Part shown: piece after piece, positions 28,603 to 39,161 of the stretch | How positions within the stretch are numbered: the first letter of the stretch is position 1 | How the letters are laid out: each line of letters opens with the position of its first letter | DNA from: Minisyncoccia bacterium | GTDB taxonomy: Bacteria > Patescibacteriota > Minisyncoccia > Phycocordibacterales > UBA918 | Direction: 5' to 3' | DNA length: 64,000 nt | NCBI GenBank assembly: GCA_046598345.1 | Contig: JBKJIT010000004.1 | Span: 69,702-133,701 of the forward strand | Position numbers and translations under genes: made by a program | Notes under the pieces: model-generated | Database searches by the model: none | What the model saw: only the letters and a program-made list of their open reading frames with translations | What the model was told of the DNA's origin: nothing

Positions 28603-28857
28603 ATGCGTGTTTCACTCTTCATCCTTTTTATAGTCTCTATCTTCTTCTTTCCGCTGTCACTTACGCTTATTTTTGGATTTATCTATGCGTGCCTGTATGC
28701 TGGATATGAGCTCGTTGTGATTGGGGCCTTTGTCGATGCAACGTTTGGTCAGAGCGGAGGAACAAACATACCCCTCTACACACTTTCATTGACCGGAGTG
28801 ACGCTCGCGGCACTCGTAATTGTGCCGTATCTCAATATTCGATTTCGTAACCCATGA
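28603..28857 (+). CDS. Small membrane protein in the MreD position
   Basis: Three hydrophobic segments with G.F.D..FG; lies between mreC and PBP2. Confidence 0.6.
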   Translation: MRVSLFILFIVSIFFFPLSLTLIFGFIYACLYAGYELVVIGAFVDATFGQSGGTNIPLYTLSLTGVTLAALVIVPYLNIRFRNP

Positions 28858-30542
28858 GATTTTTTAAGAAAAAAAGGAAGGCCGAAATTTCATTCGATGA
28901 GATTCTTCTCGATTCATCAAATTTACCCTCGTTTAATGTAAGTCGCATGGAGGGTCGTATCGAACTGCCACTTGCGGAAAAGAACATTGCAATTGTGGGT
29001 GTCCTTTTTGGTATTATTGCCCTCGTATTTTTTTCACAGACATATAAGTTGCAGATCATAGAAGGAGCGACCCTCACGGAAAAGAGCAATGCAAATATGC
29101 TTGCGGAGAGTCTGATTGTCGCCCCACGTGGCACTGTGTATGACCGGATGGGTGAACTTGTGGCATGGAATGAAATTGATCAAACAGGGCAGTATGATTT
29201 CCCGGTTCGTGCATATACCGACCGGCGCGGATTCGGCCAACTTATTGGGTATGTGAGCTATCCGCAGAAGGATTCTTCTGGGTTCTATTTCAGAAATGAA
29301 TACATTGGCCGAAATGGGGTTGAGGAAACGTATAACGATATCCTGGCTGGAATAAATGGTGAACGAAATGTGGAAATGAATGCGCTTGGCGAAGTTATTT
29401 CTGAAAATAAAGTACATAGTGAAATACCTGGAAAAGAAATTACGTTATCAATCGACGCAGCACTTAGTGAAGTGATGTATGACCTCATAGCAACAACGAC
29501 AGAGACAAATGGGTTCCGGTCGGGTGCTGGAGCGATTATGAACGTGCATACGGGAGAAATTATCGCGCTTTCCAGTTTCCCATCCTACGATCCTGAAGTC
29601 CTTGCAGACGGTGATGAAGTGGCGCTCATTAATTCGTACAATGCCGATTCACGGTTTCCGTTTTTAAATAAAGTTGTGGGGGGCGCATATGTTCCGGGCT
29701 CTATTGTTAAGCCTTTTATGGCGTACGGAGCGCTTAAAGAGAACATCATTGATCCTATGAAGATCATTGTGAGTAATGGTGCGCTCGTGCTGCCGAATAA
29801 GTATGATCCAGAAAAACCCACGGTCTTTAAGGACTGGCGAGTGCAAGGCCCCATGACAATGCGGGACGCAATAGCGTATTCCTCGAATGTGTATTTCTAC
29901 ACGATTGGAGGCGGGTTTGAAGGGCAGGAGGGGCTCGGAATCACACGCATATATAAGTACATGAAACTCTTCGGTCTCGGAGAAAAAACAGGCATCGCGC
30001 TTTCAGGTGAACAAAAAGGAACGGTTCCAAATCCTGAGTGGAAAGAAAAGATATTTCATGATGATTGGCGACTCGGGGACACGTACCACACCTCAATCGG
30101 GCAGTATGGTTTCCAGACTACGCCCCTTCAAATGCTTCGCGCATACGCGGCGATCGCCAATGAAGGTACGCTCGTCACGCCACACGTTGTTAAAGGTGAG
30201 CAGGGTGCAGAGAAAGACATTGCACTTGATCTAGGTGATCTTAAAGTGGTTACCGACGGCATGCGACAAACTGTAATTCAAAATGGGGGTACTGCTCGTT
30301 CACTTGAACGAAAGGATCTTGCGATTGCTGCTAAATCAGGGACTGCTGAGCTTGGAAATGATAACGCGCAGGTAAACTCTTGGATTGCTGGGTATTTCCC
30401 GTATGAGAAACCTGAATATGCCTTTGTTCTTTTCATGGAAAATGGCCCAAGGTCAAATATGGTTGGTGCAGGGTCGGTGATGGGAAAGGTTTTTGATTGG
30501 ATGGCTACAAACCGCCCCGAATATTTTGAACAAAGCCTGTAA
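28854..30542 (+). CDS. mrdA: Penicillin-binding protein 2
   Basis: APRG...DR.G, PGSIVK (SxxK), SSN, KSGTAE. Confidence 0.9.
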   Translation: MRFFKKKRKAEISFDEILLDSSNLPSFNVSRMEGRIELPLAEKNIAIVGVLFGIIALVFFSQTYKLQIIEGATLTEKSNANMLAESLIVAPRGTVYDRMGELVAWNEIDQTGQYDFPVRAYTDRRGFGQLIGYVSYPQKDSSGFYFRNEYIGRNGVEETYNDILAGINGERNVEMNALGEVISENKVHSEIPGKEITLSIDAALSEVMYDLIATTTETNGFRSGAGAIMNVHTGEIIALSSFPSYDPEVLADGDEVALINSYNADSRFPFLNKVVGGAYVPGSIVKPFMAYGALKENIIDPMKIIVSNGALVLPNKYDPEKPTVFKDWRVQGPMTMRDAIAYSSNVYFYTIGGGFEGQEGLGITRIYKYMKLFGLGEKTGIALSGEQKGTVPNPEWKEKIFHDDWRLGDTYHTSIGQYGFQTTPLQMLRAYAAIANEGTLVTPHVVKGEQGAEKDIALDLGDLKVVTDGMRQTVIQNGGTARSLERKDLAIAAKSGTAELGNDNAQVNSWIAGYFPYEKPEYAFVLFMENGPRSNMVGAGSVMGKVFDWMATNRPEYFEQSL

Positions 30543-30649
30543 ATGTGTGCAGCTCTTTGTTGCACTCCGCTAAATAATTTTCAGCGTATAGAAATACGTC
30601 TCAAATACTGTTGCTCGTACGCGCAGTCTCCACAAATGTACGGGCTTTG
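30531..30649 (+). repeat. Structured stop-codon-associated element, copy D (after mrdA)
   Basis: CAAAGCCTGTA..CAGCTCTTTGTTG..TCAGCGTAT/ATACGTCTC..TACGGGCTTTG. Confidence 0.75.
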
Positions 30650-30689
30650 ATGAGATGTTTCCCTAAACGAGAGTCATTTCTATGGGTGT

Positions 30690-30717
30690 TTGACTTACAT
30701 CCACCGCTACGTATAAT
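30690..30717 (+). promoter_or_regulatory. Sigma70-type promoter of greA
   Basis: TTGACT-N16-TATAAT. Confidence 0.7.
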
Positions 30718-30822
30718 TGTTGCAATCCGTTAGAGATTTTTGAGAAACGTGAGGACGTTTTAAGAGGTTAACGGGACATTAGTCATCACAACGGATCTCT
30801 AACACATAACGTAAAAAAAATT

Positions 30823-31296
30823 ATGACAGAGCCACATGATTCATTTCTAACACAAGAGAAGTTTGAACAGCTTAAAGCGGAGCTCGAACATTTGAAGACG
30901 GTGCGAAGAAAGGAAGTGGCAGAATCGCTTGAGTACGCACGAAGCTTGGGAGATCTCTCAGAAAATGCTGAGTACCAAGAAGCACGCGATATGCAGGTAG
31001 CGATCGAAGAGCGCATTCAGTATCTCGAGAAAGTGATCAAGGAGGCGAAGATTGTGGCACACATAACGAAGGGTGATGTTGTTGGTCTGGGCTCTCTTGT
31101 AACAATTCAAAAAGCAGATACGCCGGAAAGTCGTTCATATACGATTGTTGGTTCAGAAGAGGCAAACATTCATGAGCACAAACTCTCATACCTTTCTCCA
31201 CTCGGAGAAGCGCTCATGGGAAAGGCGAAAGGAGACGACTTCGAATTTGTCACGCCAAACGGAAAGCAGAACTACAAGATACTTAAAGTCAGTTAG
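30823..31296 (+). CDS. greA: Transcription elongation factor GreA
   Basis: GDLSENAEY; S..SPLG.AL.G. Confidence 0.97.
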   Translation: MTEPHDSFLTQEKFEQLKAELEHLKTVRRKEVAESLEYARSLGDLSENAEYQEARDMQVAIEERIQYLEKVIKEAKIVAHITKGDVVGLGSLVTIQKADTPESRSYTIVGSEEANIHEHKLSYLSPLGEALMGKAKGDDFEFVTPNGKQNYKILKVS

Positions 31297-31301
31297 AAAT
31301 G

Positions 31302-31344
31302 ATGAAAAGCACCGGCGACAAAGTCGCCGGTGCTTTTCATTTTC
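31302..31344. terminator. Intrinsic terminator after greA
   Basis: ATGAAAAGCACCGGCGAC-AAA-GTCGCCGGTGCTTTTCAT. Confidence 0.85.
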
Positions 31345-31369
31345 TTCATAAAACGATACTATAACGGTC

Positions 31370-32824
31370 ATGTCCGGACTTGATGATATGCGCGCTGAGC
31401 GCGTGAAGAAACTCAACTTGCTAACAGCACGAGGAATTAATCCGTATCCTGCACGAAGTAGCCGGACACACACTATAGCGGACGCACTCGCAGGATTTGA
31501 ATTACTCGCCGCGAAGGGCGACGCAATTGTGCTCGCCGGACGCATTATGGTGGTGCGAGGGCAGGGTGCAATCTTCTTTGCAGATTTTGATGATGGAACG
31601 GGAAGATTTCAGGCTGTACTTAAGGAAGATGAAATGGACAAGGAAAAGTTTGATCTTTTCAAAGATGCTATCGATGCGGGTGATTTTGTAGAAATCACAG
31701 GCACACTCTTTGTTACCCAAAAAGGTCAGCAATCCATTCTCGTGAAGGATTGGACGATCCTTACGAAAAGCCTTTTACCGCTTCCAGATAAATACCACGG
31801 TCTGCAAAATGAGGAAGAACGTTTTCGAAAGCGATATCTTGATTTACTGGTAAATCCTGAACTTCGCGAAATGTTTGCACGCAAAGAAAAATTCTGGCAT
31901 GTAACGCGCTCATTCATGAAAGCAAAAGGTTTTCTCGAAGTGGAAACGCCAACACTCGAGCTTACGACTGGCGGAGCAGAGGCCCGGCCGTTTAAGACGC
32001 ACCACAATGATTTTGACATTGATGTATTCCTCCGTATTTCTGTTGGAGAACTTTGGCAGAAGCGCCTTATGGCGGCAGGATTTCCAAAGACATTTGAAAT
32101 TGGACGCACTTTTAGAAATGAAGGTACGAGCCCCAACCATCTACAAGAATTTACCAACATGGAATTCTATGAGGCTTATGCAAATTATGAAAACGGAATG
32201 GATCTCGTGGAAGAACTGTATACGACGATTGCAAAAGAGGTGTACGGGAGAACGGAGTTTACGCACGGGGATCATACATTTGATTTGAGTAGCGAATGGG
32301 TACGTGTTTCGTATAGTGAAGAGATTCTTCGCCAGACTGGGATTGATACAGTCTCCGCAACGGAGGATGAAATTAAAGATACACTCCGCGAGCTCAATGT
32401 GTCATACGAAGGGGATACCAAAGAACGACTCCTTGATACACTTTGGAAATATTGCAGAAAAAATATTGCCGGCCCTGCGTTTCTCGTCAACCATCCAAAG
32501 CTTGTTTCTCCACTCGCGAAAGAAGTTGAAGGTGACGAAACAAGTACACAAAGGTTTCAGCCGATCATTGCTGGTACCGAGGTGGGGAATGGATATTCAG
32601 AACTAAATAATCCTGAAGAGCAGCGTAAACGATTCGAGGTGCAACAGGATCTCCTCAAAGGAGGTGATGAGGAAGCGATGATGGCGGATCATGAATTTAT
32701 TGAAATGCTCGAACATGGTATGCCACCTGCGTGCGGATTTGGTTTTGGTGAACGACTTTTTGCAATTTTAGAAGGGAAGCCAATCCGAGAGACACAGCTG
32801 TTTCCGCTCATGCGTCCTAAATAA
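31370..32824 (+). CDS. lysS: Lysyl-tRNA synthetase (class II)
   Basis: R.RYLDL, GGAEARPF.TH, FRNEG, SPLAK, ELNNP, GMPP..G.G. Confidence 0.97.
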   Translation: MSGLDDMRAERVKKLNLLTARGINPYPARSSRTHTIADALAGFELLAAKGDAIVLAGRIMVVRGQGAIFFADFDDGTGRFQAVLKEDEMDKEKFDLFKDAIDAGDFVEITGTLFVTQKGQQSILVKDWTILTKSLLPLPDKYHGLQNEEERFRKRYLDLLVNPELREMFARKEKFWHVTRSFMKAKGFLEVETPTLELTTGGAEARPFKTHHNDFDIDVFLRISVGELWQKRLMAAGFPKTFEIGRTFRNEGTSPNHLQEFTNMEFYEAYANYENGMDLVEELYTTIAKEVYGRTEFTHGDHTFDLSSEWVRVSYSEEILRQTGIDTVSATEDEIKDTLRELNVSYEGDTKERLLDTLWKYCRKNIAGPAFLVNHPKLVSPLAKEVEGDETSTQRFQPIIAGTEVGNGYSELNNPEEQRKRFEVQQDLLKGGDEEAMMADHEFIEMLEHGMPPACGFGFGERLFAILEGKPIRETQLFPLMRPK

Positions 32825-32826
32825 GC

Positions 32827-32935
32827 AAATGCACTAATCTGCTTCGTTGTCTTTTTTTTGCTTAAACAGTCACCGTATACGCATACGCCTCTTGTTTGTT
32901 TCGACGCATTGCATCGCATCAGATTTTTCGTATTT
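32827..32935 (+). repeat. Structured stop-codon-associated element, copy E (after lysS)
   Basis: AATCTGCTTCGTTG..AAACAGTCACCGTAT/ATACGCCTCTTGTTT..TCGCATCAGATT. Confidence 0.7.
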
Positions 32936-33036
32936 TGAACAGAAATTGACATTCTATATAAATATTGTATCATATTGTCAGGTGCACTTCTATATTAGTA
33001 GTAAACCCTGTTTCCAATCTTTAATAGGAGGACGTA

Positions 33037-33681
33037 ATGTCCACAACAAGTATCCTGCAGCGTCCGCAAGGGTCAGTCTTTATGGCTCTCTTTTCGGCAG
33101 ACGGCCTCGGTGTTGCTACAGGCTTCAGTCCTGGTGATGGCCCCAAAAAATTAGGGGTACGAAAATTGTTCGGTGGCGAAATGGAGGATGAGGACTTCGC
33201 ACTTTCACAAAGCGTGGAGGAGGGAATACGGGTCTGTGTCTTCCGCGAACTCCTTCAGGAGGCGGGTGTAAGAGAGACTAATCTTCAGTTTTTTGCACCG
33301 GCCTACGTCCAAAAAGTCTCCGGCACTAATCGTAGGACAGGCAAGGACTATGCATACGAGAATCATACGTGGCTCGGCGTTGCAGAAGAAGGACTGGTGT
33401 TGCCGAGCGAAGTCGAGGACAGGGCGGAGATGCTTGATCGACGATTTGATCCAGTCCCAGATGTACTCAAATCATACGGGTTGGAACACGGACACAAGGA
33501 AAAGTTCAATCCGTACCATGCAATCGCCCTCGTACGCTGCCTTATCAAGCTCGAAAAGTTACTTGGCAGAAGCTCAGAAGGAACTCCATTCCACCGCATG
33601 ATGGAAGACATGAGACGGCGTATGAATCTGGATTCTCTTACAGAGGAGATTCAAGACAAGATCAACGCACGCTTCGTGTGA
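33037..33681 (+). CDS. Hypothetical protein with a degenerate Nudix-like box
   Basis: LFGGEMEDED...RELLQEAG; TTGACA-N16-TATCAT promoter, GGAGG RBS, terminator at 33698-33731. Confidence 0.6.
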   Translation: MSTTSILQRPQGSVFMALFSADGLGVATGFSPGDGPKKLGVRKLFGGEMEDEDFALSQSVEEGIRVCVFRELLQEAGVRETNLQFFAPAYVQKVSGTNRRTGKDYAYENHTWLGVAEEGLVLPSEVEDRAEMLDRRFDPVPDVLKSYGLEHGHKEKFNPYHAIALVRCLIKLEKLLGRSSEGTPFHRMMEDMRRRMNLDSLTEEIQDKINARFV

Positions 33682-33774
33682 TCAACCTCAGAACTCCAGA
33701 CGCTCGCCCTCAGGGACGAGCGTCTTTTTTTATTCATATCTTCTTCATACTACGGTGTGTATAACTATGGCGTA

Positions 33775-33828
33775 GGGTGGGATGGAGTGGTATATAATGT
33801 ACTTGTGGTGGGAGATAGTGGTATACTG
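33775..33828 (+). promoter_or_regulatory. MraZ-type binding repeats upstream of the dcw operon
   Basis: GTGG at 33777, 33787, 33808 and 33818 (10-bp spacing) around TATAAT/TATACT. Confidence 0.7.
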
Positions 33829-33871
33829 TAGAAATGCAGTTAATCAGTATCAAGTTTGAACAATCATTCAC

Positions 33872-34309
33872 ATGTTGATTGGAGAGTACACACATAATAT
33901 CGATGCCAAGAAACGGCTGTCCTTACCTTCTAAATGGAGGAAGGAACTTGGTAAGAAGCTAGTGGTTACTCGGGGGCTTGATAACTGTCTCTTTGTATAT
34001 CCCTTGAAGGAGTGGGAGAAGATCACCTTAAAAATTGGTCAACTCCCGCTCGGACAAGCGGATACACGTGGGTTCAATCGATTCTTCCTTTCGGGAGCAG
34101 TCGAGGTGGAGGTAGATAGTGTCGGACGAATTCTTGTTCCGGATTTCTTAAAGGTATTCGCAAAGTTGCAAGAAGGAAAAGTAGTTCTTGCAGGAATACA
34201 TGATCGTATAGAAATTTGGGAAGAGAAGCACTGGACTGAATACAAACGAAACATTGAGGAGCAGGCTGATGCACTTGCTGAAAAACTCGGCGAAATAGGC
34301 ATTCTCTAA
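33872..34309 (+). CDS. mraZ: Division/cell wall cluster repressor MraZ
   Basis: M..GEY.H.ID.K.R..LP.K.R; D..GRIL.P; IEIW. Confidence 0.97.
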   Translation: MLIGEYTHNIDAKKRLSLPSKWRKELGKKLVVTRGLDNCLFVYPLKEWEKITLKIGQLPLGQADTRGFNRFFLSGAVEVEVDSVGRILVPDFLKVFAKLQEGKVVLAGIHDRIEIWEEKHWTEYKRNIEEQADALAEKLGEIGIL

Positions 34310-34342
34310 AGACGCGACCAAAAAGTTTCAGAAAGATTGTAT

Positions 34343-35227
34343 ATGGAAGAACAGAAACACATCACGGTATTCAGGAACGAGGCAGTCGACGCACTTCGTC
34401 TAAGCCCAGATTCAACGGTAGTTGATGCCACTGTGGGGAGCGGAGGACATACTCAACATATAACATCCAAGCTCGACGAGCGTGGACTTTTTATTGGCTT
34501 AGACGCCGATAAAACTGCACTCGATGCACTTTCAAAGCTCGAGACAAAGGCAACCGTCTATCTTGAAGTTGCAAACTTCAGAAACATCGACGCAGTACTC
34601 AAAAAATTAGAGATTGACGGAGTTGACGGCATTCTCGCAGACCTCGGGTGGCGAATCGAGCAGTTTAGTGGGGGAGGGAAAGGGTTTTCATTCAATGACG
34701 ATGAGCCCCTCCGTATGACCTATGGAGACCCGGGAAGCTACCCCTTTACAGCAGAGGACATAGTGAATGATTGGCATGAAGAAGATCTCGAGAATGTGCT
34801 CAAGGGATACGGTGAAGAACGTTCCTACAAAAAAATTGTGCGCACTATCGTGGAAGGCCGAGAAAAAAAACGAATTTCAACCTCAAAAGAACTTGGAGAA
34901 CTCATAGAAAAAGCGATGGGGAGGCGTGGAAAGATTCATCCAGCGACGAAGACCTTCCAGGCACTCCGTATTGCGGTGAACGATGAACTCGACGCACTAA
35001 GTGAACTCATCCAAAAGGGATTCATCGCACTTAAGTCTGGGGGACGAATGGCGATCATTACGTTCCATAGTCTTGAAGATCGAATTGTGAAGCAGGCTTT
35101 CCGGGCCTACGAAAAAGAGATGTGTGCGCAAATACTCACGAAGAAACCGATCGTACCAAGTAGGGAAGAGCAAAAGGAAAATAGACGCGCACGAAGTGCA
35201 AAACTACGAATACTTGAAAAACTATGA
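34343..35227 (+). CDS. rsmH: 16S rRNA m4C1402 methyltransferase
   Basis: DAT.G.GGH, HPATKTFQALRIAVN.E, FHSLEDR, RARSAKLR. Confidence 0.97.
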   Translation: MEEQKHITVFRNEAVDALRLSPDSTVVDATVGSGGHTQHITSKLDERGLFIGLDADKTALDALSKLETKATVYLEVANFRNIDAVLKKLEIDGVDGILADLGWRIEQFSGGGKGFSFNDDEPLRMTYGDPGSYPFTAEDIVNDWHEEDLENVLKGYGEERSYKKIVRTIVEGREKKRISTSKELGELIEKAMGRRGKIHPATKTFQALRIAVNDELDALSELIQKGFIALKSGGRMAIITFHSLEDRIVKQAFRAYEKEMCAQILTKKPIVPSREEQKENRRARSAKLRILEKL

Positions 35228-35544
35228 GAACTAAAGCAATAGCATTATATAGAGAGGAACGAAGATGGCTTTTTGGAGCACTCATCTTTGTGGCGTTTTC
35301 CTCAATGGCATACATGTATTTTCTTTGCGCCTCCGTATCGCATGTGGTTATGCGGAAAGAGCTGGGCAAGGACATTTCTGAACTCTCCTCAAACATAAGT
35401 GAACTTGAATCTACGTATATCCTTGCGCAGCATGCGGTGAGCGCTGATATCGCCTATTTACGTGGATACACACTCACTGATTCGAAGATTTTTATTGACC
35501 CAGCTGCTCCAACCGTTGCGTTGGGAAAGAACAACGACAGCTGA
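35224..35544 (+). CDS. FtsL-like bitopic cell division protein
   Basis: TM plus coiled coil; lies between rsmH and ftsI. Confidence 0.6.
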   Translation: MRTKAIALYREERRWLFGALIFVAFSSMAYMYFLCASVSHVVMRKELGKDISELSSNISELESTYILAQHAVSADIAYLRGYTLTDSKIFIDPAAPTVALGKNNDS

Positions 35545-35574
35545 TTTAGCTATTGCATAGGGTAATATGTACCA

Positions 35575-37284
35575 ATGAGAGGAAGCGCCGTACAGAGGAT
35601 TCGAATAATCACGGGAGTGGTTATTTTTTGTATGCTCATCCTTATTGGGCGTCTCTACCATGTACAGGTTGCCAATGGGGACAGGTACAGGGAAGAGGCA
35701 GAAAGTCAGTATGTGCACACTGTGCGTGAGCTATTTAAACGCGGAAGTATCTTTTTTGAAACGAAAGACGGCGAGAAGGTCTCAGCTGCAACAGTGCAAT
35801 CTGGTTTTGTACTTGCGATTGACCCAACTCGCATAGAAGATGCCGAGGCGACGTATACGGCATTGAATGCCCTTATTCAACTTGATCATGATGAGTTCGT
35901 CTCAAGGGCGAGTCGAGAGGACAGGACCTATCAAGAAATAAAGCGGCAAGTGAGTAATGAGATTGCAGAAGCAATTAAGAAGCTTGAACTTACAGGTGTG
36001 TCACTCTATCGCGATGATTGGCGGTATTACCCTGGCGCCTCGCTTGCTGCACGCACCGTAGGGTTTGTAGGGTACCAAGGGGACTCGCTTGTTGGTAAGT
36101 ATGGTCTTGAGCGCTATTACGAAGATGTCCTCAAACGAGATAGCGAACGACTCTTTGTAAATTTCTTTGCAGAAATTTTTAGTAATTTTAGCAGTATGGT
36201 TTTTGACGCGGGAGAAGCGACACAGGGAGATATTGTTACTACGATTGAGCCGACGGTTGCGCGAATACTTGATAAGACACTTGAGGAAGTGAATGCGAAA
36301 TACGAGAGTGCGCTTACTGGTGGAATTATCATTAATCCTCAAAATGGGGAAGTGTATGCGCTTTCTGTTGCACCCGCATTTAATCTAAATGATCGTTCAT
36401 CCGTAGATATTCAGACCTTCAATAATCCACTTGTTGAAAATGTGTATGAACTTGGATCTATTATTAAAGCGCTAACCATGGCTGCGGGGATTGATGCCGG
36501 TGCTGTAATGCCATACTCGACCTACTACGATCCTGGATTTATCGAGCTTGATGGGCGCACCATAAATAACTTTGACAAGCGCGGCCGAGGCACGGTCGAC
36601 ATGCAAACAGTGCTCAATCAATCCCTCAACACTGGCGTTGCATATGTGGTAGCTAAGATGGGAAAAGATCGATTTCGAGAATACTTTACGAAACTGAAGC
36701 TGGGTACTGAAACAGGGATTGATCTTCCGAGTGAAGCACACGGTCTTGTTAAAAACTTACAGAGCCCGCGTGACGTTGAGTACGCAACGGCTTCTTTCGG
36801 TCAGGGAATTTCTTTGACTCCCATTGCTGCGACCCGGGCACTCTCAACGCTCGCTAATGGGGGGACACTCATCACCCCCCACATTGCCAAGCGGATTGAG
36901 TATGAGAACGGAAACGATCATGAAGTTGGTTTTCCACCCGGGGAACGTGTATTTAGTGAGAAAACGAGTGAGGAAATCACGAGTATGCTTGTCAATGTCG
37001 TCGACAAGGCTCTAAAAGGGGGGACTGTCGCCATGGAACACTACTCAATCGCTGCCAAAACGGGTACCGCCCAGATTTCAAATGAAGGAGGGAGGGGGTA
37101 TTCAGAGGATAAATTCCTACACTCATTTTTTGGCTATTTTCCCGCCTATGATCCGCAATTCCTCATTTTCCTGTATACTGTGGAGCCGAAGGGGGTCAAT
37201 TTCGCATCAGAAACCCTCACGGATCCCTTCATCGACTTGGCTCACTTTTTGATCAATTACTACAATATTCCGCCTGACAGATAA
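35575..37284 (+). CDS. ftsI: Division transpeptidase PBP3
   Basis: RG.I, R.YP, G..GLE, YE.GSIIK, S.N, KTGTAQ; dcw position. Confidence 0.9.
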   Translation: MRGSAVQRIRIITGVVIFCMLILIGRLYHVQVANGDRYREEAESQYVHTVRELFKRGSIFFETKDGEKVSAATVQSGFVLAIDPTRIEDAEATYTALNALIQLDHDEFVSRASREDRTYQEIKRQVSNEIAEAIKKLELTGVSLYRDDWRYYPGASLAARTVGFVGYQGDSLVGKYGLERYYEDVLKRDSERLFVNFFAEIFSNFSSMVFDAGEATQGDIVTTIEPTVARILDKTLEEVNAKYESALTGGIIINPQNGEVYALSVAPAFNLNDRSSVDIQTFNNPLVENVYELGSIIKALTMAAGIDAGAVMPYSTYYDPGFIELDGRTINNFDKRGRGTVDMQTVLNQSLNTGVAYVVAKMGKDRFREYFTKLKLGTETGIDLPSEAHGLVKNLQSPRDVEYATASFGQGISLTPIAATRALSTLANGGTLITPHIAKRIEYENGNDHEVGFPPGERVFSEKTSEEITSMLVNVVDKALKGGTVAMEHYSIAAKTGTAQISNEGGRGYSEDKFLHSFFGYFPAYDPQFLIFLYTVEPKGVNFASETLTDPFIDLAHFLINYYNIPPDR

Positions 37285-37294
37285 GCACACTGGC

Positions 37295-38587
37295 ATGAAA
37301 TCACTTTTTAAAAAAATTGTTGTTGCGCTCATTACTCTGGAGGCAAAAGCGCTTCTTCGTCGGACTAAGCCGGTCATTATTGCTGTAACCGGAAGCGTTG
37401 GAAAGACATCGGTTAAAGATGCGATTTATTCAGTGTGCAAGAATCATGTGTACACGAGAAAGAGCGAAAAAAGTTTTAATTCAGATATTGGAGTTCCTCT
37501 TACCGTGCTCGGACTTCAAAATGCGTGGAGCAATCCATTTCTTTGGATAAAGAACATTGTGGACGGTGCTATGCTCGCACTCCATCCGCACGATTACCCG
37601 AAGCTCCTCATTCTTGAAATGGGGGTTGATCGCCCTGGAGACATGGACAAGCTCACCTCGTGGATTAAGCCAGACGTCGTTGTGCTCACGAGGCTTCCTG
37701 ATGTGCCTGTGCATGTTGAATACTTTGAATCCCCAGAGCAAGTCATTGAGGAAAAGGTTAAACTTGTTGCGGCCCTTAAACCCGATGGTGTTTTTGTCTA
37801 TAACCAAGACGATGAAAAGGTACTCAAAGTTGCGGAGGGTGTGATTACGCGGAAGATAGGGTACAGCCGGTATTCACTTTCTCCGTACACTGCTTCCGCA
37901 GATCGGATCGTGTATGAGAATGGTACGGCTGTTGGCTTTGAGTTTACACTCACTCATCTCAATACAGCTAAGATTATGCGTGTGAACGGCTCTCTGGGAA
38001 TCCAGCATGCATATAATTATGCAGCAGCAACTGCGGTTGGTTCTATTTTTGATGTGGGACTCGATGATGTGGATGTGGCACTTCGTGAGCATGTTCCGCC
38101 AGCCGGTCGCATGCGCCTTCTTTCTGGAATTAAAGATACACTCATTATTGATGATACGTATAACGCTTCTCCGGTTGCGTGTGAGCAAGCGCTTCAGACA
38201 CTCAGGGAATTAAAAGGGGTGCAGCGAAAAGTCGCTATTTTAGGTGACATGATGGAACTTGGTCAATTTTCAATCAAAGAACATGAGCGTATTGGAAGGC
38301 TCGCGGCGGCGTCGTGCGACCTCCTCATTACTATGGGTGTGCGTGCACGCGGGTTCGCAGAAGGCGCACTTGAAAATAGCATGTCCGAGAAAAGTATTCT
38401 TCAGTATGATGATACAGAAAGTATTCGACGAGAGATTGAATCTCTTATAAAACAGGGCGACGCAATACTCGTGAAAGGTTCACAATCCATTCGAGGGGAA
38501 CGCATAGTTGAAGAAATTATGGCTGAGCCTGATAGAAAAGATGAGCTGCTTGTGCGGCAGAGTGAGGTCTGGCGTTCGATCGCTTAG
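37295..38587 (+). CDS. murF: UDP-MurNAc-tripeptide--D-Ala-D-Ala ligase
   Basis: TGSVGKTS.K, IDDTYNASP, LGDM.ELG, LVKGS. Confidence 0.92.
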   Translation: MKSLFKKIVVALITLEAKALLRRTKPVIIAVTGSVGKTSVKDAIYSVCKNHVYTRKSEKSFNSDIGVPLTVLGLQNAWSNPFLWIKNIVDGAMLALHPHDYPKLLILEMGVDRPGDMDKLTSWIKPDVVVLTRLPDVPVHVEYFESPEQVIEEKVKLVAALKPDGVFVYNQDDEKVLKVAEGVITRKIGYSRYSLSPYTASADRIVYENGTAVGFEFTLTHLNTAKIMRVNGSLGIQHAYNYAAATAVGSIFDVGLDDVDVALREHVPPAGRMRLLSGIKDTLIIDDTYNASPVACEQALQTLRELKGVQRKVAILGDMMELGQFSIKEHERIGRLAAASCDLLITMGVRARGFAEGALENSMSEKSILQYDDTESIRREIESLIKQGDAILVKGSQSIRGERIVEEIMAEPDRKDELLVRQSEVWRSIA

Positions 38588-38696
38588 AATTCATTTAAAA
38601 GCCCATCTTCTTCCTTCAAACATTCATCATATGTGCTATATGTCTCATGTTTTCAGTCCTTGATTCCTCGTACCTGAGACTTTTAATAAATTCTAA
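38584..38696 (+). repeat. Structured stop-codon-associated element, copy F (after murF; internally deleted)
   Basis: TTAGAATT..CCATCT..TCATCATAT/ATATGTCTC (compensatory pair)..CCTCGTACCTGA..AATTCTAA. Confidence 0.7.
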
Positions 38697-38867
38697 ATAT
38701 GTGAGAGTGTAATGATTCGATGTAATGACTCCAAATAACCTGCGGCTTTAAAAAGGTGCAGAGTACCCAGTATGAAAGTGCGTATTCTCGTGCTTTCTAA
38801 AGATCAAAAGAGCAGATTTTTTGGTAACTGCACAGGGTCAGATTATTAATACGTAATAGTAAAAAAT

Positions 38868-39119
38868 ATGGGAATCATTCTATGGGTCATCTTCGGAGCC
38901 CTTGTTGGTTGGATAGCTTCACTCATAATGAAGACTGATGCAGAACAGGGAGCACTTCTCAATATCATTGTTGGTGTTGTTGGAGCAGTCCTCGGCGGAT
39001 GGCTTATGAGTGTTCTAGGGCAAGGCGGGGTATCAGGCTTTAACATCTACAGTTTTGTTGTAGCACTTGTAGGAGCTGTAGCACTCATCGCCATTGTAAA
39101 AGCAGTGCGACGAGCCTAA
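38868..39119 (+). CDS. GlsB/YeaQ/YmgE family membrane protein
   Basis: W...GAL.GW.AS..M; NI.VG.VGA..GG. Confidence 0.92.
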   Translation: MGIILWVIFGALVGWIASLIMKTDAEQGALLNIIVGVVGAVLGGWLMSVLGQGGVSGFNIYSFVVALVGAVALIAIVKAVRRA

Positions 39120-39161
39120 CCATACACCGACATATAGTTACTCATTTTAAACAATAATCCT

